IMG/VR virus record: IMGVR_UViG_3300049136_000121
Coordinates: 1 to 44,887 of that record
Source of the DNA: a virus
Lineage: Duplodnaviria > Caudoviricetes
Reading direction: 5' to 3' (one strand)
Length of the DNA: 44,887 nucleotides
Positions within the stretch are counted from its first letter, which is position 1, and every line of letters starts with the position of its first letter. Shown in pieces: positions 1 through 7,909 of the stretch. Below the pieces are notes generated by a model. It was given only the letters and a program-made list of their open reading frames with translations, was not told the origin of the DNA and made no database searches. The position numbers and the translations under genes are program-made.

Positions 1-207
1 TCACTCCAAGCCGTGGCGCCGGATTAGCAGTTGAGCCTCCTGCACCTGCTTGCGAGCCTCAGCAGCTGAGTCTGCGTCCTCTGCGGCCTCCGCCTTTTCG
101 AGTGCACGAAGGGCGTTGGCCCGCCGAACTAACAAGACTAGCGGGTGGCCGGCGGCCCATGGCTCGTCGTTTGGCGGATCGGCATCCGACCTGGGTATCG
201 ATCGCAT
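1..207 (-). CDS. Small hypothetical helical protein (68 aa, MRSIPR...RRHGLE)
   Basis: C-terminal part of ORF 1..669; ATG at 207 preceded by a GGGGAG SD-like sequence; Ala/Glu-rich helical composition. Confidence 0.45.
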   Translation of the reverse strand: MRSIPRSDADPPNDEPWAAGHPLVLLVRRANALRALEKAEAAEDADSAAEARKQVQEAQLLIRRHGLE

Positions 208-564
208 CAACGCTCCCCTGCGACTCAGATCCGTGTCCGCAGGATCTGGAAACGAACCGCCGGCGGACGAAGGTCCTGCAGGCATCCACCGACGGTTCGA
301 GTTCTCCCGACCTGTTGAAGGGCACATCGAGAACTGGGAGGGTGCCCTTGCATCAACAAGACCGCCAGCAGAATCCTGGGGCCCTCCAAAAATGGCACGG
401 TTCGACAGCCCTAAGCTGACAAAGGAGGTGTGAACGCTACTGCGGCGGCGTTCACTGCCGGAGGATGAGTCTCGTGGCCTCGCACTCTCATCCCTGTCCG
501 CACAAGTTGCGCGGCCAGTCCCTTTTTCTAGTTCGCCACTCACCGCATTCGCCGCGGCTCTGCC

Positions 565-589
565 GGAACCGCCGCAGCGATATCGCATT
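565..589 (+). promoter_or_regulatory. sigmaEcfG/sigmaT-type promoter GGAAC-N16-CATT (copy 1)
   Basis: GGAAC at 565-569 and TT at 588-589 fit the alphaproteobacterial general stress response consensus GGAAC-N18-TT. Confidence 0.55.
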
Positions 590-594
590 GAACG

Positions 595-670
595 GGCGGG
601 GCGACTTGCCTCGGCAGGTCGGGAGCGGTGCCAGCTGAGCATTCCCCCTGCTCGCGGCACCGCTCCCACA
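595..670 (+). ncRNA. Candidate sRNA 1: two hairpins, C-rich loop
   Basis: Stem 603-609/614-620; perfect 12-bp stem 621-632/656-667 with inner GAGCA/TGCTC closing the loop TTCCCCC. Confidence 0.45.
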
Positions 671-697
671 TCTGGGCTGCTGAATGCGACGAGCGGT

Positions 698-722
698 GGA
701 ACCCGGTTATGCTGGGGACATT
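698..722 (+). promoter_or_regulatory. sigmaEcfG/sigmaT-type promoter GGAAC-N16-CATT (copy 2)
   Basis: GGAAC at 698-702, CATT at 719-722; same spacing and same CATTGAA tail as copy 1. Confidence 0.55.
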
Positions 723-727
723 GAAGC

Positions 728-835
728 AGACTGGGCTCGCGATTTCATGCCGTTCTTGCGAGCCCAGGCCCTGAGACTGGCCTCGCACCACACGTCGTCC
801 CCCCGTCCTCAGAAGGGGCGAGGCCAGTCCTTTTC
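728..835 (+). ncRNA. Candidate sRNA 2 (~107 nt): two related hairpins, C-rich loop, U-tail
   Basis: Perfect stems 731-740/758-767 and 775-786/818-829; loop contains GTCCCCCCGTCCTC; TTTT at 831-834; begins 6 nt after the -10. Confidence 0.55.
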
Positions 836-850
836 AAACAAATCCCCCAG

Positions 851-1666
851 CTACGGGACCTGTCCGTAATTGCGGACGATCAGCTCGCCAACACGCTTGC
901 CCTTGCCAGTGGACGCCGTGGCGATCGTGTAGGTCACCTCGGCAGTGTCTAGGTGGAAGCGCCCGAAGACTTCCCGGGCTCCCGGGGTGTCATTGATTGA
1001 GAGGATGAACTGTCCGGAGATCCCGGATAGTTGCTCTGCCAGCCGCTCGTAGTCCGCGCGCTCGAACACGCCTTCGCCGTAGTCATTCTCACAGTCCCAG
1101 TATGGCGGATCGAGATAGAACAGGGTCTCGGGCGTGTCGTAGCGCCGGATGAAATCGGCGTATGGCAACCGCTCGATTGTCACTGGCGCCAGCCGCTCGT
1201 GAACTTCCTCAAGCATCGACTGAAGCTTCGTAATGTCGAATCGAGCTGGGCTTCGCGCGTCGACGCCGAAATTCCGCCCAGCCACCTTGCCGCCGAAAGC
1301 GAGCCGCTGGAGGTACAGGAACCGCGCGGCACGCTCCAGGTCGGTGAGCGTGGTCGGATCGGTCTTCACCAGCCGTTCGAACTCAGCCCGGCTGGTGATC
1401 TGCCACTTCAACATGTCGATGAAGGCGACGTAGTGCCGCTGCAGAACACGGAAGAGTGTCGCCACGTCTCCACTGATGTCGTTGATCGCCTCCGCGCGCG
1501 GGCGGGTGCGGCGACGAAGGAAGACCCCTCCCATGCCGACGAACGGCTCCGCGTAGGCTCTGTGAGGCGTGGCCTCGATCAATTTGGTGAGACGGCCAGC
1601 GAGGTTGCGCTTGCCGCCCAGGTAGGGCGCGACCGGGCTTACCGGCCGAACAGGAATCGACTCCAT
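851..1666 (-). CDS. DNA adenine methyltransferase (Dam/D12 class)
   Basis: PYLGGK N-terminus, EPFVGMGGV SAM motif, NDI, FYLDPPY catalytic motif. Confidence 0.95.
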   Translation of the reverse strand: MESIPVRPVSPVAPYLGGKRNLAGRLTKLIEATPHRAYAEPFVGMGGVFLRRRTRPRAEAINDISGDVATLFRVLQRHYVAFIDMLKWQITSRAEFERLVKTDPTTLTDLERAARFLYLQRLAFGGKVAGRNFGVDARSPARFDITKLQSMLEEVHERLAPVTIERLPYADFIRRYDTPETLFYLDPPYWDCENDYGEGVFERADYERLAEQLSGISGQFILSINDTPGAREVFGRFHLDTAEVTYTIATASTGKGKRVGELIVRNYGQVP

Positions 1667-1667
1667 A

Positions 1668-1817
1668 GGTTCAGATGCTCATACAAGCCCCGCCCGCTGC
1701 ACGGGTGCGGGGCGTTAGCGGCTAGGCCAGCCGCGCGTGACGGGATCAGTTCCCCGTCGGTTGCCGTGTTCGCGCACGGCACCCCCGCTCGGCCTGAACC
1801 ACCGCAATATTTGCGGT
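1668..1817. ncRNA. Structured RNA element in the methyltransferase leader (cis-acting or antisense)
   Basis: Several hairpins plus long-range GGTTCAG(1668-1674)/CTGAACC(1794-1800) pairing. Confidence 0.5.
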
Positions 1818-1843
1818 AGCTGGCGCGGGCGGACGTGTTCGAT

Positions 1844-2125
1844 CTATTTGGCCGGCGGGCACGTCTCAAAGTACGCCTCCGCCTTATCGGCATACCGCCC
1901 CGGAGCCGCATACTCCGCGAGCTTCGCCAGCGCGGCCGCAAGCGCAGGCTGAGCGTGCTCTGGCAGCGAGCCGAGCGGTTCGGGCCTGACAGGCACCTCG
2001 CCGGGGCACGCGCGCTGCGCCTCCTTGATGACCTCGACGGTGCGCACTTCAATCCCCGGTTCGTTGTGACCGCAGGCGGCCAGAGCGACTAGAGAACCGA
2101 TTGCACAGGTTCGAATTGGCATCAC
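1844..2125 (-). CDS. o-spanin (Rz1-like outer-membrane lipoprotein)
   Basis: Signal peptide with lipobox LAAC, Pro-rich, directly after the i-spanin (ATGA-type overlap). Confidence 0.75.
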   Translation of the reverse strand: MMPIRTCAIGSLVALAACGHNEPGIEVRTVEVIKEAQRACPGEVPVRPEPLGSLPEHAQPALAAALAKLAEYAAPGRYADKAEAYFETCPPAK

Positions 2126-2523
2126 AAGCCCTTCGCCAGTTCGCGCAGCTCATCGGGCACAGGGCAGTCCCCGTTCACCTGTTCCCGAGCCAGTTTCCGC
2201 AGACGATTAATTCGCTGGTCCGATTCCCGCGAGAGCTTCGCCAGCTCGGCCGATCGCTTCGCGGCTTCCGTTTGAGCCGCGGCGTAGGCTTCGGCGCGCG
2301 ACAGGGCCCGTTCGTTCAGCTGCTCGATCGTCGCTTCCAGCGTTGATATCGACTGCCGGGTGACGGCGTGCCGGGCTTCGCAGGTGGCGAGCTCGTTGCG
2401 CTTATCTTCGAGGTCCACCTGCGCGGACGATAGGCGCACCGTCTGGACCGCAGCGAAACCGAGGCCCAGCACGGCGACGATGGCGAGTATCTTCGCGGTG
2501 ATCGTGTCTAATCCGGCGATCAT
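2122..2523 (-). CDS. i-spanin (Rz-like)
   Basis: N-terminal TM helix, long coiled coil, C-terminal Cys (DCPVPD), lysis cassette position. Confidence 0.75.
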   Translation of the reverse strand: MIAGLDTITAKILAIVAVLGLGFAAVQTVRLSSAQVDLEDKRNELATCEARHAVTRQSISTLEATIEQLNERALSRAEAYAAAQTEAAKRSAELAKLSRESDQRINRLRKLAREQVNGDCPVPDELRELAKGL

Positions 2524-2819
2524 CGCTCTTCTTCCACCGGCACCGGCTCATCAGAGCGGTTGACGATCTTCGTCTCGGTGGGGCCTTCGTCGCTCTTCTT
2601 CGTGAACCACGCGGCCATCGCAAGGCCAACCAGCCCCTGCACAACGATCGCCTGCGCGAGCGTCTTGAACAGGTCATTGTCGGCAAGGGTCCGGTCCTCG
2701 GCGAGCATGTAGAGCACCACGCCTGTCAGCACGAAGATGCCCGCGCCAGCCACGCCGCTGGGATTGAGGCGGCCAATCTGCCGGTCGAGGAACTGCCAGA
2801 AGGTCATGCCGCGATCCAT
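2520..2819 (-). CDS. Putative holin (2 TM)
   Basis: Two hydrophobic segments, charged C-tail, two close Met starts (M-D-R-G-M), lysis cassette. Confidence 0.55.
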   Translation of the reverse strand: MDRGMTFWQFLDRQIGRLNPSGVAGAGIFVLTGVVLYMLAEDRTLADNDLFKTLAQAIVVQGLVGLAMAAWFTKKSDEGPTETKIVNRSDEPVPVEEER

Positions 2820-3199
2820 TCTCGATCCTCGGAGATGGCCCAGTAATACTTGATGCGGTCGAACTGCTCAGCGTGCGGAAACGGGTCGTGGATCACCTTC
2901 CCATCGTAGACGACAGCGGCGTGTAAGATTTCCTCTCCAGCGCGCTGATGCCCCTCAGGATAGGTTCGCCCTCCATATCCGGTCGCGATTGCATATCCTG
3001 GCGGCGTTTCGTCCCAGCGCTCAAGGCGCAGGCCGCGCTCTTCAAACCAGTTATCCCATTGTAGCCAGTAATCCTCGTCGCCCGGCAGCGCTTGGCATGT
3101 CTCCCGCAACGGCATCTCCAAGATCGAGGCAACGCACGCGTTGAAGCAGTTGCCACGCTCGTCCTTCATGACGGTCATCGTTTGGTAGACGGGCGTCAT
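2804..3199 (-). CDS. Hypothetical protein with papain-like Cys/His/Asp pattern
   Basis: GNCFNACVASIL ... HAAVV ... IHDP; translationally coupled to the endolysin. Confidence 0.6.
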   Translation of the reverse strand: MTPVYQTMTVMKDERGNCFNACVASILEMPLRETCQALPGDEDYWLQWDNWFEERGLRLERWDETPPGYAIATGYGGRTYPEGHQRAGEEILHAAVVYDGKVIHDPFPHAEQFDRIKYYWAISEDREWIAA

Positions 3200-3774
3200 G
3201 ACCCGCTCCTGTAGAGCGCCGCCTCGTCAGCGCGCCGGTTGACCAGCCCGGCCATGGTCCGCCCGCCGGCCTTCAGCCATTTCCCGAACTCATTCGCAGC
3301 GCCGGCATAGTCACCGGCCTTGTGCAGCTTCGTCAGGGTCGCACGGCCGATCGCGCCAGTGTTGTAGTGGAAGCTCACCAGCGCATCGAACTGCTCCTGC
3401 GTCGTCGGAGCATCGCCGATCGCCTTTGCAACCTCGTGGGCATAACCTTCCAGCTGCTGCTCGAGCAGTGCGTCGGCTTCGGCCTGCGTGATGGTCATGC
3501 CGCGACGCACTGGCTTGCCGTTGATACGCGTCGTGCCCCAGCCAACCGTCCACGGATCCCCGCCGGTGCCAGGATCAGGATAGGCCGTCAGTTCGCATCC
3601 CTCCCATCGTTTGGTGAGGGCGATGCCTTTGGGCCCGATCTTACGCCTGGCATCCGGCCGCGGCACGCCGAGCAGATCCAGCAGTTCGTCGATCTGCCGG
3701 ACAGCCTCGGCCGTGAACGCGGCGCCCTCGCGCGCACGCTTGATGGCGTCGAAGATCGGCTTGCGATCGCTCAT
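3196..3774 (-). CDS. Endolysin, GH24 lysozyme
   Basis: WEGCELTAYPDPGTGGDPWTVGWG (E-D-T triad), QFDALVSFHYNTG, GLVNRRADE; start at the ATGA overlap at 3774. Confidence 0.95.
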   Translation of the reverse strand: MSDRKPIFDAIKRAREGAAFTAEAVRQIDELLDLLGVPRPDARRKIGPKGIALTKRWEGCELTAYPDPGTGGDPWTVGWGTTRINGKPVRRGMTITQAEADALLEQQLEGYAHEVAKAIGDAPTTQEQFDALVSFHYNTGAIGRATLTKLHKAGDYAGAANEFGKWLKAGGRTMAGLVNRRADEAALYRSGS

Positions 3775-4130
3775 CGTCCGTTCTCCGCTTTGTGCTCTGT
3801 GGACCTGTCTATCTGGAGCATCTGTCGAGCATCGCCGTAGCCCTGCAGCGTGGCTTTCAAGCGCATCACCTCGGCATCGCTTGCCGCGTGGAGCCGCTTG
3901 CATTCCGCGAGATCATCTTCCGCCTGGTCCAGTCGCTCGGTCACCGCGTCGAGGCGCTTTTCGAGGTTCTGAATGAGCCGCTGCGTCCCGGCATCGATCC
4001 TGTCGTCCATTCTATCTTTGCGCCCCCCGAGCCATTCCAAAAGCCACCTGAGAAACACGAATCCGGCGCCCGCGCCCGCGCCGAACGACGCCCAGGGGGC
4101 TATCGATTGAGGCCACCACTCAGGCATCAC
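3771..4130 (-). CDS. Membrane-anchored coiled-coil protein (holin/antiholin-like)
   Basis: Single N-terminal TM followed by a coiled coil, immediately upstream of the endolysin. Confidence 0.6.
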   Translation of the reverse strand: MMPEWWPQSIAPWASFGAGAGAGFVFLRWLLEWLGGRKDRMDDRIDAGTQRLIQNLEKRLDAVTERLDQAEDDLAECKRLHAASDAEVMRLKATLQGYGDARQMLQIDRSTEHKAENGR

Positions 4131-4166
4131 AGAACCCGCCGCGCCTGCGCGAAGTCTCGATCATCA

Positions 4167-7052
4167 TCACGCGACCGGCGTGAGCACTGTCGCGCTCGAT
4201 ATCGTCTGGGTCACAGACAGGCTGCCTTGGGTGATCGTCACCTGGATCGGCGCGTGCGTCGTCACCGGCGTCACCGTGTAGCTCCTCGCGGAGACGTCGA
4301 AGTCGACCGTCGCGACCGAACTCTTCCTGTCGTCCAGGACGATCTCGAACTGCTTCGTCCGGAGGAAGCCGTGCACCCGCGCCGATCCGGTGAGCGGAAA
4401 GGACCAGGGGCGGTAGACCTGACGATGGATGCGCGGCAGGAGGAAGTTCTCGGCGCGGACGATCTTGCCCGTGCCATTCGGCAAGCCGTGTTCCCACCGA
4501 TTCCAGTTGGCGCTGCTGCTCTCATAGGACGTGAAGCGGCTGTTGCCCGCCGCAGTCATCGCGGCCGCGAGCTGGCGCGAGTGCTCTACGTCGACCAGAG
4601 CATCGTCCACGTCGTGGAAGAGGAGCAGGTGTCCGCCCTTCAGATTGGTCGGCACCCCCTCGATCGCGTAGCGACTGCGGTAGGCGGCATCGATGGTGGC
4701 GCTCGATCCGGGCACCCCGCCGACGGCGTTGGAGATGTCGCTCTGGAACCCTGTGTCCGTGAAGTACCACCCGTAAGTCGCGCTGTAGCCATAGTCGGAC
4801 ACGCCGAAGTGGCTGGCGAACAGGTTGAAGGCATCGGGTGCCTTCATCGCCATCGCCAGCACGTTGCCGCCGCCTCCTGAGTAGCCAAACATGTAGGCGT
4901 CTCGCGTGTGCGCAAACTCGGGATAGCGCGCACGCACCACATCCACCGCATCGAGAATGTCGACGAGCTCCCGAGCGGAGGCGTCCCGCCCGGTGAAGGC
5001 CGGACGTGCGCGCATGTTCGGCGCGACAACGAAGAACCCGCGGCGCGCCAGGCGGTGATAGGTCTGGTCGTTGAAGCTGGCCGAGTTCTCGCTCCACCCG
5101 TGCATGATCACCAGCAGCGGAGCGTTCGGACGGAGCTCGTCGTAGCAGATCGTGGCGTCGAGCGCCGGATAGCTCACCGGATCGATGCTGGACGGATGGT
5201 AGATCGTCTCCTTGCGGATGCGCTCAGCCGGCGCGCTGAGGATCGCGGCCTGAGCCGTGGTGACCTTCGCGGCCTTGAACGCGATCTTACGGATGAACAT
5301 GCCCGACTGCGGCCCCCCGCCGGGGGAGGTCGATCCATCGCGGCCGATCCAGCGCGAGGGCTGCAGCGGCTTGGCCGAGCTGGTTGCTGCCGCGCCGTTC
5401 GCGCTGATCGCGGCGATCGAAGCGTCCCCCGTCACGACCGCGCGCACGATCTGCTCGAAAGTGCCGGTGAAGGTGTGGTTGATCGAGGCGCCACCGGAGA
5501 CGAACATGCCTGCCGAATTGCTCGCAAGGCGGCGGTTGAGGATAACATCCGCCCCTGCGGCCCCGAGGATTGGCGCTGCCGTCGACACATTGACGTTCGG
5601 CATGATGTTCTCGACCTCGACCACCGCTGTATAGGCGGCGCCGCTTAGCACTGCGGCCAGGCGTCCGTGGGGCGTCACGATGTCCCCAGCGCGCGTCCCA
5701 CTGACGGGCATCGTAGCGAATTCGCCGCTCTGGCACTGCATCCACTCAGGCGTGCCGCTGACCGTGAACGTTACGCTGGTTGTGGCAGCGAGCGTGAACA
5801 CCACCGGCATACCCGGCAGCACTATGTCGGCCGGGCCGCCGGAGAGAGTGACCGAGCCACCGATGCCGCACGAGGCGGTGTAAGTGCCCGCTGCGAGCGA
5901 GACGGTCTGGGTTGCCGGAGCGAAGGGGTTGGCCAGCAGGTTCGTGATGTTGAAGGCCTCTACCCGCAGGCCCTTGTCAGTGAGGCGCGGGCGGTTCGCC
6001 GGGAACTTGAAGAGCCGGCCCTTGCTGTCGAGCGACCATCCGATCTCGGTCTGCAGGAACAACTGATCGCCGATCGGTTCGGCGCGGCCCTCGTCGGGGT
6101 TCCAGAACAATCCGCGGGTGAAGTCGGCCTCGTACTGGGTTGGGTCTTCCACCCAGTCCGGTGCGCCCGAGGCGGCCGCCTGGCTGATCGCGTCCTGCGC
6201 GGAGACCACGTCCTCGACCGCCGACTCCTTCTGATAGAGATAGAACTCGAGCGAGCCGTCGAAGCTGGCTGTGTCGGAGAAGGTGGCGTTGTAGCCTGCG
6301 CCGCTGCCGTAGACCTTCCGCCCCGGATCGGCCGGCGACGTCAGCGGGATAACGTTTGGTGCATAGGCGCCGATTTGCTCACCAGCGACCGACAGCAGGG
6401 GCGTCGGCAACTCCATGTCATTAATTCCGAGCACAGTCGGCACCACTTCGACGTAGCGACGCACCGTCTCGGTGCTCCCGCTGCGCGTGCCGACGAGGAA
6501 GCGCGCGGGCGTCAGCGCCTTCGCGTAGAATCTCACATGCGTGAACAGATTGGTTTCGACCTGAGTGCCCTCCTCGAGCAGCGTCAGGTCGCCCATCGCG
6601 GTTCCGTCGATCGGCTCGTTGGGAGAGCCGGCCCGGCTCGTGGTCAGTAGAGCCGCCGCCGCCGCCTCGGCTGCAGCGGCCGAAGCTGCGGCATCGTCCG
6701 CAAATTCGGATGCGGCGGCACCGACTATGTCATGGATGATCGTCGTCAGCGACCAGGCGCCCGTACCGCTGGCGCCAGCCTTCACATACAGGTCGTTGTT
6801 GGCAGCCGTCGGATCGCTGTGGACCAGACCGATTGCGCCATCGGCATGAGCAAGATCTGCGTCGAGCTCAGCTTTGGTGGGATACGCAACCTCAGCAAGG
6901 CCGGCCAATCCGACGTTCGTGATCGCTGTCTCGATGACAGAACCAACGCTGAAGATTTCGCCCTTGTCCGGCTTGTGGGCACCGGACGCAGGTACGCCAT
7001 CGGTTACATAGCGCCGAAAGGCTGTCGCAACGGCGTCAACAATCGTGCCCAT
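4167..7052 (-). CDS. Tail fibre/spike with C-terminal alpha/beta-hydrolase (esterase-like) domain
   Basis: Phage fibre-type N-terminus (TDGVPASGAHKPDK); beta-rich middle; MHGWS, GYSGGG nucleophile elbow, downstream Asp and His. Confidence 0.8.
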   Translation of the reverse strand: MGTIVDAVATAFRRYVTDGVPASGAHKPDKGEIFSVGSVIETAITNVGLAGLAEVAYPTKAELDADLAHADGAIGLVHSDPTAANNDLYVKAGASGTGAWSLTTIIHDIVGAAASEFADDAAASAAAAEAAAAALLTTSRAGSPNEPIDGTAMGDLTLLEEGTQVETNLFTHVRFYAKALTPARFLVGTRSGSTETVRRYVEVVPTVLGINDMELPTPLLSVAGEQIGAYAPNVIPLTSPADPGRKVYGSGAGYNATFSDTASFDGSLEFYLYQKESAVEDVVSAQDAISQAAASGAPDWVEDPTQYEADFTRGLFWNPDEGRAEPIGDQLFLQTEIGWSLDSKGRLFKFPANRPRLTDKGLRVEAFNITNLLANPFAPATQTVSLAAGTYTASCGIGGSVTLSGGPADIVLPGMPVVFTLAATTSVTFTVSGTPEWMQCQSGEFATMPVSGTRAGDIVTPHGRLAAVLSGAAYTAVVEVENIMPNVNVSTAAPILGAAGADVILNRRLASNSAGMFVSGGASINHTFTGTFEQIVRAVVTGDASIAAISANGAAATSSAKPLQPSRWIGRDGSTSPGGGPQSGMFIRKIAFKAAKVTTAQAAILSAPAERIRKETIYHPSSIDPVSYPALDATICYDELRPNAPLLVIMHGWSENSASFNDQTYHRLARRGFFVVAPNMRARPAFTGRDASARELVDILDAVDVVRARYPEFAHTRDAYMFGYSGGGGNVLAMAMKAPDAFNLFASHFGVSDYGYSATYGWYFTDTGFQSDISNAVGGVPGSSATIDAAYRSRYAIEGVPTNLKGGHLLLFHDVDDALVDVEHSRQLAAAMTAAGNSRFTSYESSSANWNRWEHGLPNGTGKIVRAENFLLPRIHRQVYRPWSFPLTGSARVHGFLRTKQFEIVLDDRKSSVATVDFDVSARSYTVTPVTTHAPIQVTITQGSLSVTQTISSATVLTPVA

Positions 7053-7741
7053 CAGGCATAGCTCCCGGAGAAGTCTTCGACGAAGCGGGCGCTGCCGGAG
7101 GCGTAGCCCATCGAGGTCGGGGACGGCATCGGGCCGTCGAGCCGCATCGTGCAGCGCGGGTCAGAGAAATCGACCGCCTCGCCTATCGTGACGGCTTCGC
7201 GCAGCGGGGGCCGAACCATGATCGTGGCAGTGCCGGCAGCACGGTCGTACGCGATGAGTTCGGCGATCCGATAAGCGCGCCAGCGCATCGTGGGGTGATC
7301 GATCGACAACCACTCACCGCCGAGCAGCTCTTCCGGCAAGTCCAGGCTGCGCAGTTGCAGCGTTGTTGCCCGGAGCGCTGCATCGGCTGCGACTTCCGCG
7401 CTTGCATCGCCCTGCTGATACTCGGTCTCGTCCGAGAACGTCGTGTCGTCGCTGTGCGTGGTCAGGGCGCGTCCCTGGGTCGGCTGATGCCGGCCATCGC
7501 AGAACGGAACAATGATCGCTCGGGCGCCGCCGTCAAGGTAAGCATCGAGCGCCCGCCACGCCTTTGCCGCAGCGCTGTCGTCGAGGTAAGGATCGCCGAA
7601 TTCGACGAACACCCGGCCTCCGCCGTCGGCCGCAATCAGATCCTCGTCGCCGGAAAGCGCCACGCCGCCCGAGATGGTCCGCCTCTCCAAATCGGCTTGC
7701 ACGTCGTTCGGAGCGAACAGGCATGTGGGGAAGACCTTCAT
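7052..7741 (-). CDS. Minor tail / distal tail-like protein
   Basis: Position in tail module; RPPLREA and terminal FVE pattern typical of alphaproteobacterial siphophage tail-tip proteins; start 7741 or 7750. Confidence 0.65.
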   Translation of the reverse strand: MKVFPTCLFAPNDVQADLERRTISGGVALSGDEDLIAADGGGRVFVEFGDPYLDDSAAAKAWRALDAYLDGGARAIIVPFCDGRHQPTQGRALTTHSDDTTFSDETEYQQGDASAEVAADAALRATTLQLRSLDLPEELLGGEWLSIDHPTMRWRAYRIAELIAYDRAAGTATIMVRPPLREAVTIGEAVDFSDPRCTMRLDGPMPSPTSMGYASGSARFVEDFSGSYA

Positions 7742-7773
7742 GGCGCGCACGCTATGCGTGGGGCGTCCCGCCC

Positions 7774-7786
7774 GTTACCGCCGTCA
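7774..7786 (-). promoter_or_regulatory. Late-promoter motif TGACGGCGGTAAC (-10-like CATAGC at 7751-7756)
   Basis: Perfect copy of the 6x motif, 17-nt spacer. Confidence 0.75.
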
Positions 7787-7909
7787 ACTGGACGGGGGAG
7801 GGGGGCTCGGCTCCTCAGAGGGTTCTGGCATGCTCTCGCCGTCGTCGAGCGGTACCAGCTTGCCGTCCTGCCGCACCGCGCCGGCTATGCGTTTGAACGA
7901 AATCGCCAT
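7784..7909 (-). CDS. Possible 41-aa protein (MAISFKRIAG...PPPPSS)
   Basis: ATG overlaps the stop of the tail hub gene (TGATG); translated by hand. Confidence 0.35.
   Translation of the reverse strand: MAISFKRIAGAVRQDGKLVPLDDGESMPEPSEEPSPPPPSS

Noticed and set aside
430-835. CRISPR mini-array or REP interpretation of the repeated hairpins
   Set aside because: Repeats are not identical or regularly spaced, no cas genes are present, and units have their own promoter-like elements
684-869. 61-aa + strand ORF
   Set aside because: No SD or known motif, and it overlaps the promoter and hairpins; the RNA interpretation fits better, though the ORF is not strictly excluded
4167-7052. Diversity-generating retroelement or invertible tail-fibre cassette
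   Set aside because: No reverse transcriptase or invertase gene, and no template/variable repeat pair noticed
7526-7536. Partial match (CCGCCGTCA) to the late-promoter motif
   Set aside because: Lacks GTTA, lies inside a CDS, and has no spaced -10 element
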